Source: a virus (lineage: Duplodnaviria; Caudoviricetes). Taken from it: a stretch of DNA of 39,901 nt. The stretch lies in the IMG/VR virus record IMGVR_UViG_3300049472_000084, positions 1 to 39,901 of that record; one strand, given 5' to 3'. Under the pieces are notes generated by a model. That model was given only the letters and a program-made list of their open reading frames with translations, made no database searches and was not told where the DNA came from. Positions 9,108 to 16,397 of the stretch are shown piece after piece; position 1 is the first letter of the stretch, and each line of letters starts with the position of its first letter. The translations under genes were made by a program, and so were the position numbers.

Positions 9108-11057
9108 TCAGTCCACCTTCAGAGAAGTCGCGATCCAAGTTCCCCCGGCGCAAGCTCCCGCATTCCCGTTTCCGCGCGCGAGGTTCCCGTCGAAAGTTCC
9201 GCCCGTGCTTCCGGAGCAATAATAGACGATGTTCGATCCACCCCCGGCCGAGACCTCACCGGATGAGGACAGGGAGTCCACTGTCGCGGCCCCTCCCACG
9301 TCGAGGCCACCGGAGACCGTCACAGTCGTCCCCGACCAATCGAAGATCGTGTTCCCGGCCGCGTTGCGGAGATAGCGGTCGTTCCACTTGACCGACACGA
9401 CGCCGCTGTCGTCGGCCAGGTTGCCGCCGCCGCCACCGCCGCCCCAATCCATCACCTGAACGTCCGCGCTCGTCTTCAGGATTCGATTCGTGAAGTCGGC
9501 GGAGATCACCGATCCGCTCCACAGGGCTCCGGTCAATCCGCTCGCGTTTCCAAAGAATGCGGACGCGGTGACGGAGCTGACCGCGCTGATCGCTTCGAGG
9601 GCATGAATGGAGACCGTGTTCGTCGTGATCCCGATTCCTGCGTCATTCCCGGAGACGGTCAGGGCGGCGGCGTTGACGGGTAGAAGGGAGTTCGCTCGCG
9701 GGGCGATGACGACCTTCCCCTCGTTCGTGACGCGGACCCTCTTTCGGCGGGTCGTGGTCCCAGCGGTAGTCGTCTCGATGTCCCCGGCCGTTCCGCGCGC
9801 CGTGGCGGTGAATGCCTCGGCCGCAGAGAATACCAGGGCTCCCGTCGATCCCTGCCCGTTCGTGTTGGTCGCCCCGTCGAACCCCTTCGCGCCGATGAAG
9901 GTGAGGTTAGAACCAGAAGCGCAAGCCGTAGGAGCGGCCTCGGTTCCTCCGACGCAGATTCCCGCGAAAGTTCCCCCGGCGTTCGCGTAACCATAGGATT
10001 GCGTCTGCTGGCCGATGGTGCGGAGAAATCCCGCGCTCGTAGTCCTGAAGACTGTCCCGCTCGCGGTCGAAACGATGAAATTGCTCGGCGGGAGAGCGGA
10101 TTCGCTGTACGCGGTCCCGTTGAAGGCCGCAGGAGCCGCCCCGAAAGCGAGGGTCGATCCGCTGACAGACATTCCCCCAGCCGAGACGACGATGGATGTC
10201 GATCCGGTCACGCCCTGGATCGAATTCGTATCGTTTCGAGTGACGACTCCGGACATCCCGAGAGTGGTCGGGACGGACGAGATCAGACCCTTCCCTGACC
10301 CCGTGGCGTGAAGATAGACGTCCAGAAATCTCGAATTCGTGTTCGTCCCGTTGTCGAGTTGTACGGCGTTGAAATTGTCTACGAGCTGGACGAATTGCGC
10401 GTTTACCGCGAGGAGTGTCCCGGTGCTTGAAACCCGCAAAGCCGGATTTATGACCCCGAGAGCGTTCGAGTTGATGAAATTGACTTGCCGCGACCCGGTG
10501 ACGAGGACCGCAGGGTTCCCAATGATGCCAGCGCCAGTTCCGAATGTGACGGGGTTGTTCGGAGTGATCGGGCTCCCGACGAGCTGTCCGTCGATCTTAA
10601 CGGCGGGTCCGGAGAAATTCGTCACGAACACCGTGACGCCCTCTATCCCGGAACTCACATTCGAGGTCGAGACGGTGATCGCAGGGGAGGAAGTGAAGTT
10701 CAATGACGGCTGTCCGCCGATTCCACGGATAGAGACGCTACCCTGAAGAACGAACGGATTCTCCGCGTATGCCCCCGGAGAGACGAGGATCGTGGTCGGG
10801 ACCGTGGGCGTTCCGATGGCGGCGATGGCGGCTCCGACGGTCGTGTATTGCGCGCCAGCGGGGGCGACGGTGATGACCTGAGAGCTGATGTTCACGGCGG
10901 TCAGTCCGGAAGCGTTCCCGGCCATCCCCCCCGCGAAGTTCTGAGCCCCCGTCCAGGTGTTGTCGGAAGAGACGGAAGCCCCGGGGACCGAGATGCTGAC
11001 GGCCCCGGCGCAGGACGTCAAGGCGAGAAGAGCCAGAGAAAGAAGAGAGCGGGTCAT
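9108..11057 (-). CDS. Spike/fibre-like protein with beta-helix region and lipoprotein-type signal
   Basis: MTRSLLSLALLALTSC (lipobox LTSC); ITVAPAGAQYTTVGAAI...VSPGAY.E beta-helix cap; SSVTASAFFGNASGLTG repeat. Confidence 0.75.
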   Translation of the reverse strand: MTRSLLSLALLALTSCAGAVSISVPGASVSSDNTWTGAQNFAGGMAGNASGLTAVNISSQVITVAPAGAQYTTVGAAIAAIGTPTVPTTILVSPGAYAENPFVLQGSVSIRGIGGQPSLNFTSSPAITVSTSNVSSGIEGVTVFVTNFSGPAVKIDGQLVGSPITPNNPVTFGTGAGIIGNPAVLVTGSRQVNFINSNALGVINPALRVSSTGTLLAVNAQFVQLVDNFNAVQLDNGTNTNSRFLDVYLHATGSGKGLISSVPTTLGMSGVVTRNDTNSIQGVTGSTSIVVSAGGMSVSGSTLAFGAAPAAFNGTAYSESALPPSNFIVSTASGTVFRTTSAGFLRTIGQQTQSYGYANAGGTFAGICVGGTEAAPTACASGSNLTFIGAKGFDGATNTNGQGSTGALVFSAAEAFTATARGTAGDIETTTAGTTTRRKRVRVTNEGKVVIAPRANSLLPVNAAALTVSGNDAGIGITTNTVSIHALEAISAVSSVTASAFFGNASGLTGALWSGSVISADFTNRILKTSADVQVMDWGGGGGGGNLADDSGVVSVKWNDRYLRNAAGNTIFDWSGTTVTVSGGLDVGGAATVDSLSSSGEVSAGGGSNIVYYCSGSTGGTFDGNLARGNGNAGACAGGTWIATSLKVD

Positions 11058-11528
11058 TTAGGGCAAGACCTCCAGGATGGACCAAGAGCAGGAGCCGACG
11101 GCGGTGTTGATCCCGTACAGCTCCCCACGGTGAGGGCCGACCACCGGATCGATGTTCACGACTCCGCCAGCCGCGACATAGAGGCCCACGGTCCCCGTCA
11201 CCGAAGAAGGCCCGATCCGGATCGGGTTGGCGCACTCGTTGACGAGGACATGGCCTCCACGGGTAGCGCGCGCGGGCATGATGAGGGAAGAACCGGAATC
11301 CGTGACCGCCCCGGTGCTGACCAAGAGGGTCTGGAAGGAAGGAACGCTCGAAGGGCTCGTCGAGAGGCTGACGGTCAGGCTTCCGGACGTGACCGCGACG
11401 TTCATCGACGAAGACCCGATCGGAACGACCTGATCCAGGATTTCGTCAACCTGTCGGCTTGTGGCGCTCGCCTTGGAGGGGAGGATGCTCAGGACGGAGA
11501 GAACGATGAGGGCGGCGAATCGGCGCAT
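11058..11528 (-). CDS. Signal-peptide protein with a phage decoration-like beta-sandwich domain
   Basis: MRRFAALIVLSVLSILPSKASA| signal; C-terminal R...LVN....IRIG...VT...G..V..G...LYGI...ILE pattern. Confidence 0.7.
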   Translation of the reverse strand: MRRFAALIVLSVLSILPSKASATSRQVDEILDQVVPIGSSSMNVAVTSGSLTVSLSTSPSSVPSFQTLLVSTGAVTDSGSSLIMPARATRGGHVLVNECANPIRIGPSSVTGTVGLYVAAGGVVNIDPVVGPHRGELYGINTAVGSCSWSILEVLP

Positions 11529-11552
11529 GGGGCGGTCTCCTGTTTCCGGTCT

Positions 11553-11993
11553 CTACGGCTTCTTCAGCGTCGTCAGGCCCAGCTTCGCCGCGATCTGGAG
11601 CCTGTCCGGGTTGTCCTCCGGATTCAGCGCCAGATACGCGACCCCATGCTCCGAGCAGAGGGATTGCTTCCTGGCGACTTCCTCTTGCTCCTGCGGCGTC
11701 AAAGGCCCGTTGATGTAGTCGATCTCGGCGAGGTCCATCCCGAAAGCGTCCACGGCGAGCCTGTCCTCGAAGAAGAAGTAGTCGAAGGGCGGGAGGTTGG
11801 TCCCAGCCAGCCACGGGGCGGACCAATTCTCCACCCAGCCGGTCTTCTCTCGGCGCTTGAGTTGGCTGATGATCTCCGACAGCCGCCTCGCCTCTTCTCT
11901 CGTCTGAGGCCCCGGGTTCTCGTAGCCCCCCGGGATGCGATCCTCAAGAAATCCGTCTGTCCGCTTGACCCTGGCCGTTCCCTTCTTCGCCAT
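11553..11993 (-). CDS. Hypothetical protein, degenerate DUF559/Vsr-like nuclease fold
   Basis: LPPFDYFF...LAVD.......K...C..HGV.YL resembles the FDFY..LAIE.DG...K...C...GI pattern. Confidence 0.45.
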   Translation of the reverse strand: MAKKGTARVKRTDGFLEDRIPGGYENPGPQTREEARRLSEIISQLKRREKTGWVENWSAPWLAGTNLPPFDYFFFEDRLAVDAFGMDLAEIDYINGPLTPQEQEEVARKQSLCSEHGVAYLALNPEDNPDRLQIAAKLGLTTLKKP

Positions 11994-12024
11994 CTTCCCC
12001 TCCCATCATGTCCCCCTTGGAGTC

Positions 12025-12057
12025 TCCCCCGCCCGGCCACTTTGACCGGGCGGGGGA
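12025..12057. terminator. Strong GC hairpin downstream of the capsid gene (weak terminator or mRNA stabiliser)
   Basis: Minus strand TCCCCCGCCCGGTCA-AAG-TGGCCGGGCGGGGGA; no U-tract in the sense direction. Confidence 0.6.
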
Positions 12058-12075
12058 TTCTCTACGCCTCCGCGC

Positions 12076-13200
12076 TTAGATCGTCGGCGCGGTCGCGTTG
12101 ATCGAGCCCTTGAAGATGTAGCGGCTCTCCAAGAGCGCGGCCTGGTAGCGGCGGCGGACGCGGAACCGATAGGCGTCGTTCTCGAACGACTGGCCCGCGT
12201 TCGGAGCCTCCTGGAGGATTTCCAGGGGATCGCGCTCCTGGAAGACCAGGGACGTCTTCGGCTCCATCAAGAACCAATCTCCCGAGCCCAGGAAGCGGCT
12301 CACGCCGAGCTGATAGAGCCCCTGGAGCGGGTTCACCGTCATCGTCCAGCCGGTTCCCCCCGACGCGACGCCGGGAGCGACCGCGATGTTCTCGCCCGAC
12401 GCGCCCGGGACGGAGGGCTGGAGGGCCGAGTTCAACAGCTTCGCGGCGTTGAACTTGTTGGACGGGTCCGTGAGGAGGTATCCCGGCATGACGAGCATCC
12501 GGTTCCCCAGCGGATCGCGGATCGCCTGGAGGGCGATGTCCGCATTCTCCAAGGCGAGCTGGGAGAGCGCGGTGTTCGACGCGAAGGCGTTCCCGATGGT
12601 CGTGGAGTACGTCCCGCCCCGGATCGCCGCCATGACGTCGAACTCCTCTTTGTACCGCGCGCGCTTGCCGATCTTGGACGCCCGATCGACGAGCTGGCCG
12701 GTCTGGTCGTCATCGAAAAGCTCGCGCTCGATCGTGATGACACGGCCGACCTTCTTGTTGATGACCACGGTGTCGAGGCCCTGGAGGCGGGAATCCTCGA
12801 ACTTGCCGCCCGGGGCGACGTCCTGCGGAAGCTCCGCGCCGTAGAGCGGGGCGTACCACTCCTGCCGGTTGGACGAGGGCCGCACGGCGACCACGTCCGG
12901 ATAGATCACCGGGACGTCCTTGTAGGCGTCGAACATGAACTGCTGGACGCCGTAGCGGAGGAGCTGACCCAGCGAGGACGAGCTGTTGCCGATGCCCTCG
13001 CGCAGTTTCTCCCCGCAAGCCTCCTCCAGCTTGGACCAGAAACCCTTGGTCCGAGGAGCCTTCTTCCACTCGATCGTCTCCGGGTCGAGGCCGAACCGGG
13101 ACTTGATGCTCTCCCGAAGTTCGACGTGACCCCGCATCGCGTCTTCGAGCTGGAGACCGCGATCCTCCGCGTTCTTCTCGATGATGGCGTTCTTTTCCAT
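12076..13200 (-). CDS. Major capsid protein (HK97 fold, Mu gpT-like family)
   Basis: ATG at 13200 with RBS. K.GR.ITI.RE...DD.TG...D..G.....P..LL...WFL...FRVR.RY motifs. Confidence 0.9.
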   Translation of the reverse strand: MEKNAIIEKNAEDRGLQLEDAMRGHVELRESIKSRFGLDPETIEWKKAPRTKGFWSKLEEACGEKLREGIGNSSSSLGQLLRYGVQQFMFDAYKDVPVIYPDVVAVRPSSNRQEWYAPLYGAELPQDVAPGGKFEDSRLQGLDTVVINKKVGRVITIERELFDDDQTGQLVDRASKIGKRARYKEEFDVMAAIRGGTYSTTIGNAFASNTALSQLALENADIALQAIRDPLGNRMLVMPGYLLTDPSNKFNAAKLLNSALQPSVPGASGENIAVAPGVASGGTGWTMTVNPLQGLYQLGVSRFLGSGDWFLMEPKTSLVFQERDPLEILQEAPNAGQSFENDAYRFRVRRRYQAALLESRYIFKGSINATAPTI

Positions 13201-13219
13201 TTCCTTGTCTCCTTCGCTC

Positions 13220-13645
13220 TTAGGCGATGCTCTCGTAGTTCGGCTCGATGAGGACGCGCGTACCCGCGACGGCGGTGACGGCGGAAACCTCTCGGACCCG
13301 GCCCGCGACCTTCGCGGAGCCACCCGGATCGACGGAAGTCACGGTCTGCGCGTCGGTGACGAACCAGACCTTCGCGTTCGGCGTGAAGGTGTCGCCCGCC
13401 AGACCGAAAAGGCGGACGACGCCGCGCCGGATCACGACGATCTGGCTCAGGGAGTCGCCGAGGGAGGCGACGGGGTTCGTGTCGGCCGAGACGCCGTAGA
13501 CCTGATCGGTGTCGGCCGTGATCGGGGTTGCCAGACCGGCCACCACCTTGACCAAGTCACCCTGGTTGACGGCGGTCGCCGGGTTGATGCCGATCGCGCC
13601 GCGATCGGAGTCCTGCGCGTAGTTCTGCTGGGGGGTCGTCGCCAT
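13220..13645 (-). CDS. Head decoration/cement protein (DUF2190-like)
   Basis: AVNQGDLV...GVS...V.RRGV; sits between scaffold and capsid genes. Confidence 0.7.
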   Translation of the reverse strand: MATTPQQNYAQDSDRGAIGINPATAVNQGDLVKVVAGLATPITADTDQVYGVSADTNPVASLGDSLSQIVVIRRGVVRLFGLAGDTFTPNAKVWFVTDAQTVTSVDPGGSAKVAGRVREVSAVTAVAGTRVLIEPNYESIA

Positions 13646-13657
13646 GTTCTTTTCTCC

Positions 13658-15127
13658 TTACGCCTTGATGGGTAGGCCCGCCTTCGCGACGGCCTCCGCG
13701 AGCTTCGTCTTCGCGGCGGGAGCGCCCCCGCCGTTGCCGGAGCCCGCGCCGCTGGCGCGCTCCCCGGTGATGGACTCCACGATCTTCTTCCGGGCCTCGA
13801 CGAGCTTCTTCACGTCGTCCTCGCTCTTGCCGAGGCACAGGGCGCGCAGATCGGCGCAGAAATGCTCCGGCAGACCGGACTCGGACAGGTGCTTCTCCAC
13901 CATGTCGGAGTTCGCCTTGATGCGGGAGGCGGCGCGCTCGTTGACCAGGGCCTCGAACAGAGACTTCTCGGCCTCGCTCATCTTCCCGGACTTGTACCGC
14001 TCCTCGGAAGCCGAGAACTTCTCGGCCTCGGTCTTCGGCTCAGAGGCGGGAGCGGGGGTCTCGTCCTTCTTCGGCGCGGCGGGCGCGGCGGGGGCGGGCT
14101 CGCCTTCCTTCGCCATGGCCTCGGCGCTGGCGATCAGGCCCGACATGGCCTCGCCGTACTCCTTCGCCATATCCGGCTTCTTATCCATCTCGGCCTTCAT
14201 GGCCTTCAGAGCTTCCAGGTGCTTCGCGAGCGCGTCCTTCATGTTGTTCCCTCCTGCGTGGTTGATGCCCTCACGGAGGAGGGCGCGAACGGACTCCATG
14301 AGCCCGGGCGCACCGACGCGCCCCCCGGCTCCGGGGTTGGTCACGATGTCGGCGCTTTCGAGGGCGCTGAAGCTGTCCACCATGTTCAGGACCTCGCCCG
14401 AGGCGTCCTTCTCCTCATGCGAGTCCCCGTATCCGTGGATCGAGATTCCGACGAAATCCTTCTCGGGGTACTTCTTCGAGTACGCGGCGGCTTCCTTGAC
14501 CAGAGACCAGACCCAATCGAACGCCGGGCCTTCGCTGATCTTGAGCTTCGCGGCGATCCGAGACTTCCCATCGACCTCGACGACGCGAGGGGAATGGTAG
14601 AAGCCGACGAGGTTCCGGATCGAGCCCTCGGGGCGCTCGGCCTCCTCGGTCTTGGTCCGGTGATCGGCGTAAGCCTTCAGCCCGTCGAAGAGGGGGACCG
14701 ACTTCTCCAGGAGCGCGCGGGAGTAGAAGTTCCGGTCGGCCCGGTTCCCCATGCCCTCGGTGATGATGAAGACGGGGACCTCGCGCTTCGCCTCGTCGGG
14801 CTCACCGGCTTCCTGGAAGCGGGAGAAGAACTTGCGGGCCTCGCGGAAGGACTCCTTCTTCGCCGGGCGGGTGAGCTGGGCCAGAGAGGAGGAGGCGTTC
14901 GCCTCGTTGTACCGCTCGCAGTACGACTTGAACTCGGGATCGGCCTCGAACTTCTTCCAGAGAGCCGGGCCGTCGGCCTCCGCGCTCGGGCTCATGCCCT
15001 GCGCCTTCATCCAGTTCGCGAGCGCCCAGGGGTTATCGACCCCGGGCTTCGCCTTGAGCGCCTGGACGACGCCTTCCCAGCCTTCGGGCGTGGCCTCGGT
15101 CTTCTTCGGCGCGGCGATCGCGGTCAG
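13658..15127 (-). CDS. Prohead protease-scaffold fusion; probable CTG start at 15127
   Basis: IITEG...NFYS...YADH...VGISI...SADIVTNPGAGG protease core plus helical C-terminal scaffold. The frame is open 39 codons upstream of ATG 15010 (...PEGWEGVVQALKAKPGVDNPWALANWM), and GGGAG lies 6 nt before the CTG. Confidence 0.8.
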   Translation of the reverse strand: MTAIAAPKKTEATPEGWEGVVQALKAKPGVDNPWALANWMKAQGMSPSAEADGPALWKKFEADPEFKSYCERYNEANASSSLAQLTRPAKKESFREARKFFSRFQEAGEPDEAKREVPVFIITEGMGNRADRNFYSRALLEKSVPLFDGLKAYADHRTKTEEAERPEGSIRNLVGFYHSPRVVEVDGKSRIAAKLKISEGPAFDWVWSLVKEAAAYSKKYPEKDFVGISIHGYGDSHEEKDASGEVLNMVDSFSALESADIVTNPGAGGRVGAPGLMESVRALLREGINHAGGNNMKDALAKHLEALKAMKAEMDKKPDMAKEYGEAMSGLIASAEAMAKEGEPAPAAPAAPKKDETPAPASEPKTEAEKFSASEERYKSGKMSEAEKSLFEALVNERAASRIKANSDMVEKHLSESGLPEHFCADLRALCLGKSEDDVKKLVEARKKIVESITGERASGAGSGNGGGAPAAKTKLAEAVAKAGLPIKA

Positions 15128-15141
15128 GATGCGCTCCCGGT

Positions 15142-15175
15142 AAATAAAAATCCCCGAGGCTCTTGAGCCCCGGGG
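15142..15175 (-). terminator. Intrinsic terminator just upstream of the head protease gene
   Basis: CCCCGGGGCTC-AA-GAGCCTCGGGG followed by ATTTTTATTT on the minus strand. Confidence 0.85.
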
Positions 15176-15195
15176 TCCTTTGTGTCGGATGCCCG

Positions 15196-15330
15196 TTACA
15201 GCTTCGTCGTCTTCTTCGACTCGATCAGCGTCAGCTTCCCGGTCTGATCGAAGTGGAGCGTGACGCTCCCCGCCTTCTTCCCGTCAGCGAACTCTCGAAC
15301 CGCGTTCCAGATCGGAGCGAGCATCGCCAT
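15196..15330 (-). CDS. DUF2292/YezD-like mini-protein (42-44 aa)
   Basis: Not in the ORF track. MAMLAPIWNAVREFADGKKAGSVTLHFDQTGKLTLIESKKTTKL; GSVT.....G....IE....K pattern; GAAGGG RBS before ATG 15324. Confidence 0.7.
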   Translation of the reverse strand: MAMLAPIWNAVREFADGKKAGSVTLHFDQTGKLTLIESKKTTKL

Positions 15331-15346
15331 CCCTTCGTCGCCTGGG

Positions 15347-15376
15347 AGGTTAGCAGACAAGTCGAACACCTGTCAA
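15347..15376 (-). promoter_or_regulatory. Sigma70-type promoter for the mini-gene/head operon
   Basis: TTGACA-18 nt-TAACCT with extended TGn; upstream context AGGTCTTGACAG is shared with the repeated promoters. Confidence 0.6.
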
Positions 15377-15387
15377 GACCTTGTCGA

Positions 15388-15603
15388 TCATTTCCGGCGC
15401 AATTTAATTAGGACCATCTCACCGTCGGGAGAAGCCTTCACGTCGAAGTCGATCCCTTCGAGATTCCGGTTCCACTCGCGCGCGATGTTCTCCAAATGGA
15501 GGACGAGCTTCATGATGACCGCCGCGATGTTCGGGTTGTCGTCCGTGAACTTCGCGAGCTTGGCGTTCCGGGTTCCGATGAACTCGTAGACGCTGGAGGA
15601 CAT
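15388..15603 (-). CDS. Hypothetical protein
   Basis: Translationally coupled in-operon ORF. Confidence 0.65.
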   Translation of the reverse strand: MSSSVYEFIGTRNAKLAKFTDDNPNIAAVIMKLVLHLENIAREWNRNLEGIDFDVKASPDGEMVLIKLRRK

Positions 15604-15830
15604 CAGGCGTTCGCGGGGGTCACGATGTTCTTCACGATCCCGAGGCGCTTGGCGAGTACGGCGCGGATCGCGTCGTTGATGATCGGAACGAGGGCGTCCA
15701 GCTCCGGATTCTCGTTGAGCGGGAACTCGAACAGGTGATGGTCGATCTTCTTCCCGTACTTGAAGGCGACGAGGGCCTTCGCGCGGCCTTCCTGAATCTG
15801 AATCGATGCGACGGCGAGATCGTCGATCAT
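15603..15830 (-). CDS. Hypothetical protein
   Basis: ATGA overlap; RBS GGAGG. Confidence 0.65.
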   Translation of the reverse strand: MIDDLAVASIQIQEGRAKALVAFKYGKKIDHHLFEFPLNENPELDALVPIINDAIRAVLAKRLGIVKNIVTPANA

Positions 15831-16057
15831 GCGACCTCCTCGACCGTCTCGCTCTTCACGGCGTGGGTGACATTAGTCGGCTGGATCGACTGGATGAAGG
15901 CGTATTCAGAGGCCGGGTTCCCGGATCGGACAACGCTCCTCGCGGTGTCCATGGCCTCCTCCACGTCTCGCGCCGCAAGGCTGAGAGATTGCGTCATGGG
16001 ACAGCTATTCCCGCGCGATCCGTGCCCGACTATAACGACGTAATGTTTTATCGCCAT
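15827..16057 (-). CDS. Hypothetical protein
   Basis: RBS GAGGAGG. Confidence 0.6.
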   Translation of the reverse strand: MAIKHYVVIVGHGSRGNSCPMTQSLSLAARDVEEAMDTARSVVRSGNPASEYAFIQSIQPTNVTHAVKSETVEEVA

Positions 16058-16067
16058 CCAATCCTCC

Positions 16068-16160
16068 TCAGCTTGTAGCGGCCACGAACAGGATCGCGAA
16101 CGTAGCGGACAGGATGACCATGATCCCGATCACGAAGACGTCCCCGAGATGTGCCTTCAA
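16068..16160 (-). CDS. Single-TM peptide (30 aa)
   Basis: TTG overlapping the upstream stop; MKAHLGDVFVIGIMVILSATFAILFVAATS. Confidence 0.45.
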   Translation of the reverse strand: MKAHLGDVFVIGIMVILSATFAILFVAATS

Positions 16161-16381
16161 TGCCCGCCCTCGCCCATCTCTACGGTCCCGTATGATTGCT
16201 CACAGGTCACATTACACTCTCGGATAATGCGGGCGCGCTCGCGGTTGGACTCCCGACACATCATCAGGAGGAACTTCAGGCGCTTCTTCGATGGGCCACT
16301 CTGCGCGCACCCCATCATCATCACGGCGGCGACGCACATGGACGCGACCGCCAGGAAGAACTTCAGCCGCGCTTTCGCCAT
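16157..16381 (-). CDS. Small putative lipoprotein
   Basis: Basic N-terminus, hydrophobic stretch, MMGC lipobox-like site; TATAAT 8 nt upstream of the ATG. Confidence 0.55.
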   Translation of the reverse strand: MAKARLKFFLAVASMCVAAVMMMGCAQSGPSKKRLKFLLMMCRESNRERARIIRECNVTCEQSYGTVEMGEGGH

Positions 16382-16397
16382 GGGGTTAGATTATACC

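Noticed and set aside
7718-11057. Diversity-generating retroelement targeting the fibres
   Set aside because: No reverse transcriptase and no TR/VR pair with adenine-specific mismatches seen; the repeats are protein-level.
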